64,000 bases of DNA, taken from an uncultured Desulfatitalea sp. (lineage in GTDB: Bacteria; Desulfobacterota; Desulfobacteria; Desulfobacterales; Desulfosarcinaceae). Below are positions 49,866 to 59,661 of the stretch, one piece after another; position 1 is the stretch's first letter, and the number at the start of each line of letters is the position of its first letter. The stretch spans positions 1,920,001 to 1,984,000 of the forward strand of contig CAXXMB010000002.1 of NCBI GenBank assembly GCA_963668675.2, in the 5' to 3' direction. A program made the translations under genes and the position numbers. The notes below the pieces were generated by a model. The model saw only the letters and a list, made by a program, of their open reading frames with translations, did not search any database and had not been told where the DNA came from.

Positions 49866-51527
49866 TTAATTTATGAAGAAGTCTGTGTGTTGTGAGCGAA
49901 GGGTTTTTTTATCCAACTTGCCTACGCTGGTTTTAGGGAGTTGCTTCACAAAAACCACCTCGTCCGGAAGCTGCCATTTTGCAAACTGCTCGCCAATAGA
50001 ATCTAAGATGTCCTGCTTGCTGATTTTGCCCTCAGCATTCTCTCGTAAAACAACAAAGGCCACAGGGCGTTCCTGCCATTTTGGATGCGCAAGGCCGACG
50101 ACACAAGCCTCTTTGACATCCACATGACCCATGATAGCGTTTTCAAGATCAATGGAGGAAATCCATTCTCCACCACTTTTGATGACATCCTTGATCCTGT
50201 CTGTGATTTTAACATAACCATATTTGTCGATGGTCCCTGCATCACCGCTTTTCCAAAAGCCATCCTCAAAACACTCTTCGGTTCGGGGATCATTGTAATA
50301 ACTGGCCGTTATCCAGGGACCCCTGACAAGCAGTTCTCCAACCGTTTCTCCGTCGGCAGGGACTTGATTCCCATCTGGGCCAACTATTTTCAGATCGAGT
50401 CCCGGAACCAAAAGACCTTGTTTTTTTTGATTATTCCACTGTTCTTCCATGGACCAGCCCTTGATTGTCGGTTTAAAGGAATTTACCAAAACGAGAGGAG
50501 TCGTTTCTGTTGCGCCATAAGCGTGAACAATTTCCGCTTTTCCAAGTTCCCAGTACCCCCGCATCATCGACAGGGGCGGTTCCGTGGCACCGGAAACCAT
50601 GCGTAACCCTGTAAAATCAGGTTTTTTGGGTAAGGTGCGAATGTAATCGAGCATGGGCAAAAAGATTGCGGGCGCACCACTACTGAACGTCACCTTTTCC
50701 GAGATCATCAGGTCTACAAGGATGTCCGTGGTTTCCATAGTGTAGCGTCCTGGAAAGACTAGTTTTGCCCCGACCATGGGAGCGGATAGCCAGACGCCCC
50801 ATCCTTGACCATGAAACATCGGAACTATCTGCATGATCGTATCCTTTAGGCAGAGTCTCTGCGACATTACCATCATCATGGTGTGCAGATAGATGTTTCT
50901 GTGAGAATAATAAACACCCTTTGGTTTTCCTGTTGTTCCCGAAGTATAGCAGGCGCTGTATGCGGATTTTTCATTTACCATGGGCCATTCGAAATTAGAA
51001 TCTTCCTTTTCCAGAATTCTTTCGTAACTCAAAACGGGATGAAGGTTGGTTTTAATCTCATCTAATTTTTTTTCAGTAATAACCACAAAGCCCTTTACTG
51101 TCGGAATCTTGTCGGAAATGGACTCCATAAGCGGTAAAAGCGAGTCGCCTACGAACACAAATTTTGCTTCGCTGTGATTGATGACATAAGCCAAATCTAC
51201 AGGCGAAAGACGCAGGTTCAGTTGGAGCACTACGGCCCCTATCCCTGAAATCGCGAAATACAGTTCAAAGTGATGATGTGTGTTCCATTCCATCACTCCT
51301 ATGCGATCCCCCGGTTTTACGCCGAGACGGATAAGTGCATTCGCCATTTTCTTTATTCTCTCGTGGGCCTCTTTGTAATTGTAGCGGAAAAGCTTACCGT
51401 CTATTTGACGGGAAATCACCTCTACCTCTGGGAAGGTATTTGCCGCATATTTTATTATAGTCGAAGTATTGAGCTGATAATTGTCACCTGACGTTGATGC
51501 CATGCCGTTGATGATTGAATAGGTCAT
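49866..51527 (-). CDS. Acyl-CoA ligase (medium/long chain; DmdB/AlkK-like)
   Basis: YTSGTTGKPKG, YGATET, TDRIKDVIKSGGEWI, PKTSVGK. Confidence 0.95.
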   Translation of the reverse strand: MTYSIINGMASTSGDNYQLNTSTIIKYAANTFPEVEVISRQIDGKLFRYNYKEAHERIKKMANALIRLGVKPGDRIGVMEWNTHHHFELYFAISGIGAVVLQLNLRLSPVDLAYVINHSEAKFVFVGDSLLPLMESISDKIPTVKGFVVITEKKLDEIKTNLHPVLSYERILEKEDSNFEWPMVNEKSAYSACYTSGTTGKPKGVYYSHRNIYLHTMMMVMSQRLCLKDTIMQIVPMFHGQGWGVWLSAPMVGAKLVFPGRYTMETTDILVDLMISEKVTFSSGAPAIFLPMLDYIRTLPKKPDFTGLRMVSGATEPPLSMMRGYWELGKAEIVHAYGATETTPLVLVNSFKPTIKGWSMEEQWNNQKKQGLLVPGLDLKIVGPDGNQVPADGETVGELLVRGPWITASYYNDPRTEECFEDGFWKSGDAGTIDKYGYVKITDRIKDVIKSGGEWISSIDLENAIMGHVDVKEACVVGLAHPKWQERPVAFVVLRENAEGKISKQDILDSIGEQFAKWQLPDEVVFVKQLPKTSVGKLDKKTLRSQHTDFFIN

Positions 51528-51628
51528 TTTTTGTCTCCTTTTTAAAGTTCTGAGTCAATGTTAATAGAAGTTCCCCCATGCATTAAATGGCCGCTCGTCG
51601 TAAAACGGTTCGTCATTTTAAATCAGCT

Positions 51629-52759
51629 TCATATGGCGCCTCGATCCAATAAATCCTCAATATCTTTCTTGGAGAAACCTATTTCCTTCAGAATTTGTTC
51701 ATTATGCTGGCCAAGTTCGGGGGGTGGGACATACTCCGCAGAAATGGAATCTGACAGGTGAAACGGAGGTTGCAGTTCCGAGCGGAACTTTTTTATTCCG
51801 GAATCCATAACTTCTTCGATCGATAAAATGGGCTCGACGCAGGTGTCCACGTTCTTGAAAATCAGACACCAATCAAACAATGACCGTTTTCCCATGATTT
51901 CAGATATTATTTTTATTACTGGCTCACCTCCGAATTGGCGAGAAACCAGATCCTCGCGTTCGACCGCAAGGCAAAAATTTTTCCAGAACTTGAACTCAAC
52001 GGCACCCAAAGTGATGTGTCGACCATCCATGGTTTGATAGATATTGTAAAACGGTTGGGTGCCGCAAAGGAAGCTGTCTGCCCTATCTGGGCATATCTGC
52101 CTCGTTAAATAATTGCACAGTCCCAGTAAATTCAGTGAAAAGACGCTGTCGAACATTGAAATATCTACGTGTTGCCCGACTCCTGAATATCCGCGCTGAA
52201 TAACAGCCGACAGGAGTCCGAAAATCCCAAAAAGGCTGCCACCAGCTAGGTCGGCAATCGGTATGCTGGGAACCTGAGGAACGGTGCCGGCGATAATGGC
52301 TGAATGAAAGCAACCGGCTAACGCTTGGTAGTTCAGATCATGCGCAGCCTTTAACCGGTAAGAACCTTTTTGTCCGAATCCAGAGATCGAGACATAAATA
52401 ATCCGCGGCTGTATTTTTTTTAGGTCATCATAGCCCAACCCCAATTTTTCCATGATGCCTGGTCGAAAACCTTCGACAAGGATGTCGTAGCGGCCTAAGA
52501 GTCTATTGAAGATTTCTTTGCCACCCGCATCCTTCAGGTTCAGGGTAATGCTCTTTTTCCCACTGTTAAGCAAACCAAAGAGCGGAAAAGGATGAAGGGG
52601 GTCTGATTCCAAAACGCGAGTGGGATCTGGCGCCTGGGGGTTTTCAATCTTAAGGATGTCCGCCCCGAAAGCCGCTAGAAGCCAAGTCAAATATGGCCCA
52701 GGAAGATTCATGCTCAAATCCAAAACCTTCAATCCCGATAATGCCCGCATGTTGGCCAC
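51629..52759 (-). CDS. CaiB/BaiF family III CoA-transferase / racemase-like protein
   Basis: LSGLKVLDLS, GKKSITLNLK, EGFRPG, HDLNY, ADLAGG, PELGQHN. Confidence 0.93.
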   Translation of the reverse strand: MANMRALSGLKVLDLSMNLPGPYLTWLLAAFGADILKIENPQAPDPTRVLESDPLHPFPLFGLLNSGKKSITLNLKDAGGKEIFNRLLGRYDILVEGFRPGIMEKLGLGYDDLKKIQPRIIYVSISGFGQKGSYRLKAAHDLNYQALAGCFHSAIIAGTVPQVPSIPIADLAGGSLFGIFGLLSAVIQRGYSGVGQHVDISMFDSVFSLNLLGLCNYLTRQICPDRADSFLCGTQPFYNIYQTMDGRHITLGAVEFKFWKNFCLAVEREDLVSRQFGGEPVIKIISEIMGKRSLFDWCLIFKNVDTCVEPILSIEEVMDSGIKKFRSELQPPFHLSDSISAEYVPPPELGQHNEQILKEIGFSKKDIEDLLDRGAI

Positions 52760-52798
52760 CTTGATGTATAATTTTGTTTGCGACTATGCTAAACTTTA

Positions 52799-52814
52799 AT
52801 CAAAAAAGGTGCCA
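52799..52814 (-). promoter_or_regulatory. Putative sigma54 (-24/-12) promoter for the catabolic operon
   Basis: Minus strand reads TGGCAC-CTTTT-TTGAT (GA instead of GC at -12). Confidence 0.55.
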
Positions 52815-52899
52815 AACCGTAAACCCAATTTTTAAGCTATATAAACAACCAGATAAAAGTTTTTTGCGCATCGATTTTGAATTGCATTCCCTATCAATC

Positions 52900-52952
52900 G
52901 TCATATATGACAATTTGATGTTGCCATTCTTGATAAATACGTCATATATGAC
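52900..52952. promoter_or_regulatory. Two perfect palindromes; probable activator binding sites
   Basis: GTCATATATGAC at 52900-52911 and 52941-52952. Confidence 0.7.
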
Positions 52953-52982
52953 AGTTTAAAAACTTCAATAGGAGGTATCTCA

Positions 52983-54539
52983 TTGGGCGATTTTTTCCGC
53001 GAAGCTACTCTATCAATATGTGGGAGCCTGGATCTCGAAGTATCTCTATGGAAATGTTTGTTGTGTATACGCAAATACATGCCTGCCGATCTGCTTTCTT
53101 TACACCTATATGAACATGAAACTGGGATTCTCGAGACGGTTGCCTTTGCCACTGTCGAAGGCGGGACGAAATGTTCTTTAAAGAATATACTTCCGAACGA
53201 GGTGCGCAAAGATATAGAAAGGCGGAGGGCTATCCATGTTTGGATGGTTGAGCGTCTTGGGGATTACAATGGTACTCGAACAGCAGCACAAAATATCGGT
53301 GGCGCCGAAGATATGGCCGGCATCATCATGGATCTTATCTTGGGTAAAAAGCTCATGGGGGTTTTACTGGTTGCTTGTAATCCCACCAGTAGTTTTCTAA
53401 AGGAGCATCTTGATCTCGTCCAGACATTGAACAAACCTTTTGCTGTTGCATTGACCAACAGCATGCGACACAGGGAGTTAGAAAAACTCAAAGAATCACT
53501 GGAAGATGACAGTCGGTATTTCCAAAATGAGTTGCGGCGGCGTGCCGGCCAGATAGTAGTGGGGAGTGATTTAGGACTGGGTTCAACAATGAAACTGGTG
53601 CGACAGGTGGCACCATTGGACAGCCCTGTGCTTCTGCTGGGGGAAACCGGCGTCGGGAAAGAGATCATTGCAGGTGCCATTCATAATTTTTCCATGCGCA
53701 AAGATGGGCCGATGCTGACAGTCAACTGCGGAGCTATTCCACCTTCCCTAATGGACAGTGAATTGTTCGGATTTGAGAAGGGCGCGTTTACCGGAGCTAT
53801 CTCCCAGAAGCGCGGCATGTTTGAGAGGACCCAGGGCGGGACCATTTTCCTTGACGAAATCGGCGAGTTGATGCCCGACGCACAGGTCAGACTTTTAAGG
53901 GTTCTGCAACAGAAAGAAATCCAGAGATTGGGTGGCACTGAAAAAATAAAATTAGATATCCGGGTGATCGCGGCAACTCACCGGGATTTAAAATTAATGC
54001 TTGAAAGTGGAAAGTTCCGCGAAGATCTTTTTTTCCGATTGAACGTTTTCCCTATATCTATTCCCCCCCTTCGAGAACGAAAAGAGGATATCCCCGCATT
54101 GCTGCAACATTTTATCCTTGAAAAATCAAAAGACATGAAGTTTGGCTACACACCATATTTGATGCCGGATGAATTAGAGCGCTTGATGGCATACCCCTGG
54201 CCGGGAAATGTACGTGAACTCGAGAATGCCGTTGAAAGAGCAATGATTTTGGGCATGGGGCAAAAATATCTCTCCTTCAATGACTTTTTTGCTTCACAAT
54301 TAAAACCAACGCCAGCTTCAAATAAAAAAAGTGAAAAGCCCGGCTTCCTGACTCTTGATGCTGCCATTTCAAGGCACATCACTTCCGTTTTAGAAGAGAC
54401 AGGTGGCAAGATACATGGTAAAGGTGGGGCCGCTGAGCTCTTATCTGTCAATCCAAGTACATTACGCCACCGAATTAAAAAACTTGGGATCACGTCCCGA
54501 AAAACATTCAAATGTGGTGATAAAGATGCATATGCCTGA
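52983..54539 (+). CDS. Sigma54-dependent activator (GAF-AAA-HTH; FhlA/NifA-like)
   Basis: GETGVGKE, SELFG, GAFTGA, FLDEIGE, FREDLFFRLNV, WPGNVRELEN. Confidence 0.96.
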   Translation: MGDFFREATLSICGSLDLEVSLWKCLLCIRKYMPADLLSLHLYEHETGILETVAFATVEGGTKCSLKNILPNEVRKDIERRRAIHVWMVERLGDYNGTRTAAQNIGGAEDMAGIIMDLILGKKLMGVLLVACNPTSSFLKEHLDLVQTLNKPFAVALTNSMRHRELEKLKESLEDDSRYFQNELRRRAGQIVVGSDLGLGSTMKLVRQVAPLDSPVLLLGETGVGKEIIAGAIHNFSMRKDGPMLTVNCGAIPPSLMDSELFGFEKGAFTGAISQKRGMFERTQGGTIFLDEIGELMPDAQVRLLRVLQQKEIQRLGGTEKIKLDIRVIAATHRDLKLMLESGKFREDLFFRLNVFPISIPPLRERKEDIPALLQHFILEKSKDMKFGYTPYLMPDELERLMAYPWPGNVRELENAVERAMILGMGQKYLSFNDFFASQLKPTPASNKKSEKPGFLTLDAAISRHITSVLEETGGKIHGKGGAAELLSVNPSTLRHRIKKLGITSRKTFKCGDKDAYA

Positions 54540-54855
54540 TTCGTATCAGACTGGCTCCAAGTATTAAGCGTCTCCCGATTGGCCAACAGGATAATCTCAT
54601 CGTATCTACTATCCTTGACCGACACCGAAAATTCCTTTGGGTTATAGGTTGCCGAGATCATGTCCGCTCCTTCTGTAAAAGTCAAAATCTTCCCGAGCAG
54701 TTCACTCTCTCAGGAGGAGAATTTCGAGCGGCTTTCTCCATCACTTTTTATCGTTCTATTTTTCCGTTTTCAATGGTTTCAAATAGTCTGCGTCCCAGGT
54801 TACGATAGCAGGTTGCAGTGGTGCATTCAACTCATACCGATAACAGGGAGACACA

Positions 54856-54975
54856 ATGAACAAACTCGAACTTATCCAGGCCCTGAAAGAATCCCAGAAC
54901 CTGTCCAAGACCGAAACAACCAAGTGTGTCGATATATTTTTCGGTGAAATGGCCAAGACAATCACCAAAACTTGA
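54856..54975 (+). pseudogene. Truncated IHF/HU gene (39 aa)
   Basis: MNKLELIQALKESQNLSKTETTKCVDIFFGEMAK, near-identical to the copy at 56313, then diverges and stops. Confidence 0.85.
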
Positions 54976-55248
54976 TTCAACAGCAAACAGCAAGTGTTTC
55001 TCGATTTCGTGCTTTCACACTATTTCAATGTGGGGGTTTAAGGGTTGGATACATCCAACCTGACACCGCTATTGCGTCTCAAATATAACGATTCCATTGC
55101 CTATGCCTTGGCCGATTTAGGTCCTGCTATGGAAATCAACAATGTGTTCGTTGGGTTTCAGCAATATCTTTATCGGGAGCAGGTTTTGGCATAATGATGA
55201 CCAATTGACTGACAGGTTCAATCATAAGTGCAAACCTAAGGGGGCATC

Positions 55249-56187
55249 ATGAAAACTTTCATCATTGTTCTATTGGTGTGCTTTGGTCTGATTGCGTTAA
55301 CAGTTGTAACCCTTCCCATTTTCACCTCAAAAGAAACTTGCACATATGAGGAGGCTGCCGGGAAATTTGCTAAAGGCAAATTTGTTTCTTTAGATGGCAA
55401 AAAAGTCCACTATATCGAGAAGGGGAATGGGGAGCCCGTAATACTAATTCATGGGTTTCTATACCATACCGTGATGTGGAAGAAAAACTTAGATGCTCTG
55501 GCTGAGCATTTCAAGATCTATGTCATCGATCTTTTTGGTTGGGGATTTAGCGAAAGATTGAACGAGACCGAGTACAGCTTCGAGCGCTACGCAAAACAGG
55601 TTACGGGATTTATGGATGCCTTGAATATACAAAAAGCATCCCTTATAGGTCAATCGATGGGGGGAGGGATTTCGGTCTATGTGGCTGCAATTAATCCCGA
55701 GAGAATAAATAGATTGATATTGGTAGACCCGGCTGTGGTTCCGTACCCTGAGACAATAACAGGGAGGATCTATCAGCTTCCTTTCGTTGGAGAATTTCTA
55801 AATGCTATCCCAGGGGATGGTTTAGTGAAAAACAACCTGAAAACATTATGGTTATATGATGGCAGCAAAGTGACAGATGATTATGTAAGTGAAGTCACTC
55901 AGCCACTTTGTATTGAAGGTTCATATGCTGGATTGATGCATATTCTTCGCAATGTTCTAAAACCGCCATTTGTGGAAAACGAGGCTCAGATGCTGGCTAA
56001 ATTGAACAAACCAATTTTAATCGTACACGGAAAAGAAGACAAAGCTGTTCCCTTGGAGAATTCGCAATATTTGAATAAACTCTGGCCCAGCTCTACTTTG
56101 GTCCTCTTCGAAAATGCGGGTCATACGCCCCAGGAAGAGTATCCTGAAAAATTTAATAAATTGGCAATGGATTTCTTATCTCGATGA
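55249..56187 (+). CDS. Alpha/beta hydrolase with an N-terminal signal or anchor
   Basis: LIHGF, GQSMGG, HGKEDKAV, AGHTPQEE. Confidence 0.93.
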   Translation: MKTFIIVLLVCFGLIALTVVTLPIFTSKETCTYEEAAGKFAKGKFVSLDGKKVHYIEKGNGEPVILIHGFLYHTVMWKKNLDALAEHFKIYVIDLFGWGFSERLNETEYSFERYAKQVTGFMDALNIQKASLIGQSMGGGISVYVAAINPERINRLILVDPAVVPYPETITGRIYQLPFVGEFLNAIPGDGLVKNNLKTLWLYDGSKVTDDYVSEVTQPLCIEGSYAGLMHILRNVLKPPFVENEAQMLAKLNKPILIVHGKEDKAVPLENSQYLNKLWPSSTLVLFENAGHTPQEEYPEKFNKLAMDFLSR

Positions 56188-56312
56188 ATCCCTGGTGCCT
56201 TTCTGCCGGAAATGAGTTTTTTCAACCTCGATCTATCAGCACTCAAATTCCTTGATGCCGTTCCCAAGGAATTCTGCAGATAATTCAAAAGCACAATTAG
56301 GAACACACAACC

Positions 56313-56594
56313 ATGAACAAACTCGAACTTATCCACGCCCTGCAAGATTCCCACAATCTGACCAAGACCGAAGCAACCAAGTGTGTCGAGATATTTTTCG
56401 GCGAAATGGCCAAGGCACTCGAAAAGGGGGACCGGGTTGAAATCCGGGGACTGTGCTCGTTTCACATCAAAACATATGATTCATATGCCGGGCGCAATCC
56501 CAGATCGGGTGAGAAGGTCGTCGTCAAACAAAAGAAGCTGCCGTTTTTTAAAGCGGGAACGGAGTTGAAGCAGCGGGTTGATCGGGCTGGGTGA
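56313..56594 (+). CDS. Integration host factor beta-like / HU family protein
   Basis: GDRVEIRGLCSF, GRNPRSGE, PFFKAGTELK. Confidence 0.93.
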   Translation: MNKLELIHALQDSHNLTKTEATKCVEIFFGEMAKALEKGDRVEIRGLCSFHIKTYDSYAGRNPRSGEKVVVKQKKLPFFKAGTELKQRVDRAG

Positions 56595-56597
56595 AAC

Positions 56598-56861
56598 ATG
56601 GTCCCTGATAATTGGGTCGTCTATTTGCTTCGATGTGCGGATGATTCTCTATACTGCGGCATCACCAAGGACCTGGAAAAAAGATTATCGAAACATAATT
56701 CCGGCAAGGGCGCAAAATACACAAGGTCCCGTTTGCCGCTGAGGTTAGTCGGGGTCAGTTCCGAAATGACAAAGAGCGCGGCATTGAAATTGGAGTATCG
56801 TTTAAAAAGGATCTCGGCGGCCGACAAGATAGTTGCATTGGAACGATTGAACGCAGATTGA
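56598..56861 (+). CDS. GIY-YIG nuclease (UPF0213/YhbQ-like)
   Basis: VYLLRCADDSLYCGIT, HNSGKGAKYTR. Confidence 0.9.
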   Translation: MVPDNWVVYLLRCADDSLYCGITKDLEKRLSKHNSGKGAKYTRSRLPLRLVGVSSEMTKSAALKLEYRLKRISAADKIVALERLNAD

Positions 56862-56910
56862 GAAATGAGGTAATGTTCACATGTTCCCCAATATCAATGA
56901 GGAAGACTTG

Positions 56911-57120
56911 ATGACAGACCTTATCTGCTATTGTTTCAATTACACCGAAAAAGATATTGAACTGGATCTGCGACAAAACGGCAAGTCCACGATTATGGGG
57001 AAAATTCTTTCCGAAAAGCGCATGGGTGGATGTCAATGCGCTGTTAAAAATCCCAAAGGGCGCTGATGCCTTTCCGATGTCCGCCAGGTGGTGGAAAAAT
57101 ACATAACATATTGTATTTAA
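56911..57120 (+). CDS. Small (2Fe-2S)/metal-binding protein; probable selenoprotein (TGA at 57064-57066 read as Sec)
   Basis: LICYCF...CQCAVKNPKGR-TGA-CLSDVRQVV; hairpin TCCGCC-AGGT-GGTGGA at 57080-57095. Confidence 0.75.
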
Positions 57121-57152
57121 TAACTTTATAATATATTTCGGTGAATTATTAC

Positions 57153-57311
57153 ATGCTCCCCAAAATCATCGGCATCGTATCCGGCATTCTCGCAGTCGGC
57201 ATCTACGCCTGGAAATTCAGAGAGACATCCCTGTGCCGGCCATGAATCATGTTGCCCCTTGGCCTCGGCGTCGGCTACGCCGTTTATTGGATGGTGAGAT
57301 GGATAATTTAA
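57153..57311 (+). CDS. 52-aa two-helix membrane micro-protein with a CxxU motif, copy 1 (candidate selenoprotein)
   Basis: MLPKIIGIVSGILAVGIYAWKFRETSLCRP-TGA-IMLPLGLGVGYAVYWMVRWII; frame conserved in the paralog at 62228. Confidence 0.6.
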
Positions 57312-57342
57312 GCAGGTCCCTGGCGCCCAAATTGACAGAATC

Positions 57343-57595
57343 CTGTGTGTGAATCTGTGTGTGAAAAAGCTTCCAAAACTGACCAAAACGTGTAAAATAG
57401 ACAAAAATGTAGAAATTGTATGTCAAATAGTTTCAATATGTTGTTGCAATTTTAGGAGGTTAGGAAACTCGGGGGTATTGACTCTGACTCCGTCAGCCCA
57501 GGTTCGAATCCTGGTCCCTCAGCCATATTAAAATCAAGGGGTTACAGGCTTAGCACTGTGCCCCTTTTTTTGCTGTGTGAGACTCTGTGTGTGAA
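57343..57595 (+). repeat. Arm-type direct repeats flanking the tRNA-Gln fragment
   Basis: CTGTGTGTGAA at 57343, 57355 and 57585; variant CTGTGTGAGAC at 57573. Confidence 0.8.
57480..57525 (+). tRNA. 3' half of tRNA-Gln(CTG); att-site remnant
   Basis: GA-CTCTGAC-TCCGT-CAGC-CCAGG-TTCGAAT-CCTGG-TCCCTCA-GCCA; no 5' half; terminator-like hairpin follows. Confidence 0.88.
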
Positions 57596-57693
57596 AATTT
57601 TTCGAAACGCTCCTCTAAGACATCAACCGACTGTCGCTCCGATTCACCGATAGAATGCAAACGGATCTCAGTAACAGAAAAGCAGGCAAAAAA

Positions 57694-59661
57694 CTAAGCA
57701 TGAATGTTATAGCTTTCGACGGTTCCAAGCATGCTCTGGGCCATCTGAACGCTTTTTTCTGCATTGGTGGAGACCTGCTTGCTCTCACTGGAAATTTCTC
57801 CAGTCGCTTGATTCAAGGCGGACATGTTATCCGCAATCGTTGAGGCCGCCATCGAGTTTTTCGATACATTTTCCGTGACCTCCTGAATACCCTGGGAGGC
57901 CTGCACGACGCTGTTGGAAATTTCGTCGGTGGTCTTGGCCTGCTGTTCCACAGCAACAGCAATCTCGGCAACGTTGTCGTTTACACTCTTTATAATTTCG
58001 CTGATGTTGCCGATGCCTTTGACCGCATCTTCCGTAGTTGATCGGATGCCGTCGATTTTGCTTTTGATGTCTCCGGTGGCCGAAGCGGTCTGCTTGGCCA
58101 ATTCCTTGATTTCATTGGCTACTACGGCAAAACCTTTGCCCGCCTCTCCGGCACGGGCGGCTTCGATCGTTGCGTTCAGGGCTAGCAGATTGGTCTGCTC
58201 GGAGATCTCCTCGATGGCTTCGGTTACTTTTCCGATATCATTCGCCGCAGCGCCCAAGGCCTGAATCAATTTCGTCGCTGTTTCAGATTGATTGACCGCT
58301 TCACGGCTGATGCCGCTCGCGTGCTCCGTGTTTTTGACGATTCCTCGAATCGTTGTGGACATTTCTTCTGCAGCGGTGGCGATAAGTGCCACATTGGTGG
58401 AGGTCTCTTCGACGGCAGCAGCCGCAGAGTTCAAATTTTCGCTCATACTTCTGGTTTCACCATCAACGGTGGCCGTGTTGTCAGAGACGTACTGTACTTT
58501 GCTCAACAGGTGTTGAGAAACCTCATTCAATGATTCGGACATGACGTTGAGCGTTCCGGCGTCGTTCTGAATGCCCTTTATTATATGGGTAACGTTGTCC
58601 ATGAAGGCGTTTATATTTTCACCCAGTTGCCCCATTTCGTCACTGGACTGGATCTGAATCCGGGGTGTCAGATCTCCTGTGGAGGCCTGATTTAGCACCT
58701 TTTTGATATGGCGAATGCGTCGAATCAGGTAGGTGCCGATAAACCAATAGCAAAAGCCGACTGTCAGGGAGACGATGACGAGACCCACCGTCAGATAGAT
58801 CCAGGTGATCCGCTTAACGGCGTGAGCCTGTCCGGTGTAATCCGTTTTTACCATAACAGCGCCTTCGGTTTGGCCGGCATAATCGACCAGCGGGCCGGCG
58901 AGCACCATGATATGATGCCCTTCTTCCTCGATCAGGCACTGTCCAGTCTGCGATGTGGCCATTACCTGAGAAATAACAGGTTTGCAGGTGTCGGCGATGG
59001 ACAGGCCGCCTGTTTGAGCTTGAATTGCGAGAGCGTCGTCTTGGGAGACCACCACTGCAGCATCAATACCGTAATCCGCTTTAAGCGGAGCGAGCAAGGC
59101 ATCGTTCAGGGCGATTCCGAATTCCACAGAACCGATGTGGCTGCCGTTGAACAAGACTGGAGTGAGACCACGGATTCCCATGCCGAAACGGCCTTTGTCC
59201 AAGCCTAGTACCGGCTTGCGGGTTTGATTTGTTTTGACGATGGTGGGTCGGAGTCCGGAAAGATCGTCGCCGTATTTCTCAAGCTTGTGCAACCTGAGAA
59301 ATGAGGTGGCCGGCGGAAGGTGGAATTGAAACTGATAGATGTTAACCTGGTTCTTCGAAGCCAGATAGAAGGGCAGGGTCAGGTCTTTCAGTTTTTCACG
59401 ATCTTTTTCGGCAAAGGCCTGCTGCACCAAGGGCATGCCGGCAACGATTTCCGCCATCGCATAGGCCTTGTCGGCCGACTGACTGATTCTTTCAACTACG
59501 CTGTTATAGTCCTTCCGCAGCTGGGCCTCGGCTGTCTCGGTAATCTTCTGTTTCTGGTTGATATAGCTGCTGACCATCAATGCGCTGATAGTGATCGTAA
59601 AAATAACTCCAATAGAAAGGACTAGTTTAAGTTTCAAACTACGAAAAATAGACAAAAACAT
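57694..59661 (-). CDS. Methyl-accepting chemotaxis protein (Cache-HAMP-MA)
   Basis: Two TM helices, SFLRLH..KYGDDL, GDLT...[37 protein letters not shown]. Confidence 0.96.
   Translation of the reverse strand: MFLSIFRSLKLKLVLSIGVIFTITISALMVSSYINQKQKITETAEAQLRKDYNSVVERISQSADKAYAMAEIVAGMPLVQQAFAEKDREKLKDLTLPFYLASKNQVNIYQFQFHLPPATSFLRLHKLEKYGDDLSGLRPTIVKTNQTRKPVLGLDKGRFGMGIRGLTPVLFNGSHIGSVEFGIALNDALLAPLKADYGIDAAVVVSQDDALAIQAQTGGLSIADTCKPVISQVMATSQTGQCLIEEEGHHIMVLAGPLVDYAGQTEGAVMVKTDYTGQAHAVKRITWIYLTVGLVIVSLTVGFCYWFIGTYLIRRIRHIKKVLNQASTGDLTPRIQIQSSDEMGQLGENINAFMDNVTHIIKGIQNDAGTLNVMSESLNEVSQHLLSKVQYVSDNTATVDGETRSMSENLNSAAAAVEETSTNVALIATAAEEMSTTIRGIVKNTEHASGISREAVNQSETATKLIQALGAAANDIGKVTEAIEEISEQTNLLALNATIEAARAGEAGKGFAVVANEIKELAKQTASATGDIKSKIDGIRSTTEDAVKGIGNISEIIKSVNDNVAEIAVAVEQQAKTTDEISNSVVQASQGIQEVTENVSKNSMAASTIADNMSALNQATGEISSESKQVSTNAEKSVQMAQSMLGTVESYNIHA

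Larger units (their letters stand above)
2266..57595. mobile_element. Composite integrated element or genomic island (defence, replication, recombination and catabolic cargo); ends approximate
   Basis: Bounded by tRNA 3' fragments and carries plasmid/satellite-type replication genes, BREX and an ssb-recombination operon. The two bounding fragments come from different tRNAs on opposite strands, so they are not a matched attL/attR pair. Confidence 0.65.

Noticed and set aside
54146..54685. 179-aa minus-strand ORF
   Set aside because: Mostly antisense to the sigma54 activator; the unique part may be a gene remnant but I could not identify it.
57126..57404. 92-aa minus-strand ORF
   Set aside because: It is the antisense shadow of the CxxU ORF and runs through the arm repeats; the paralog preserves the plus-strand start, stop and hydrophobic pattern.
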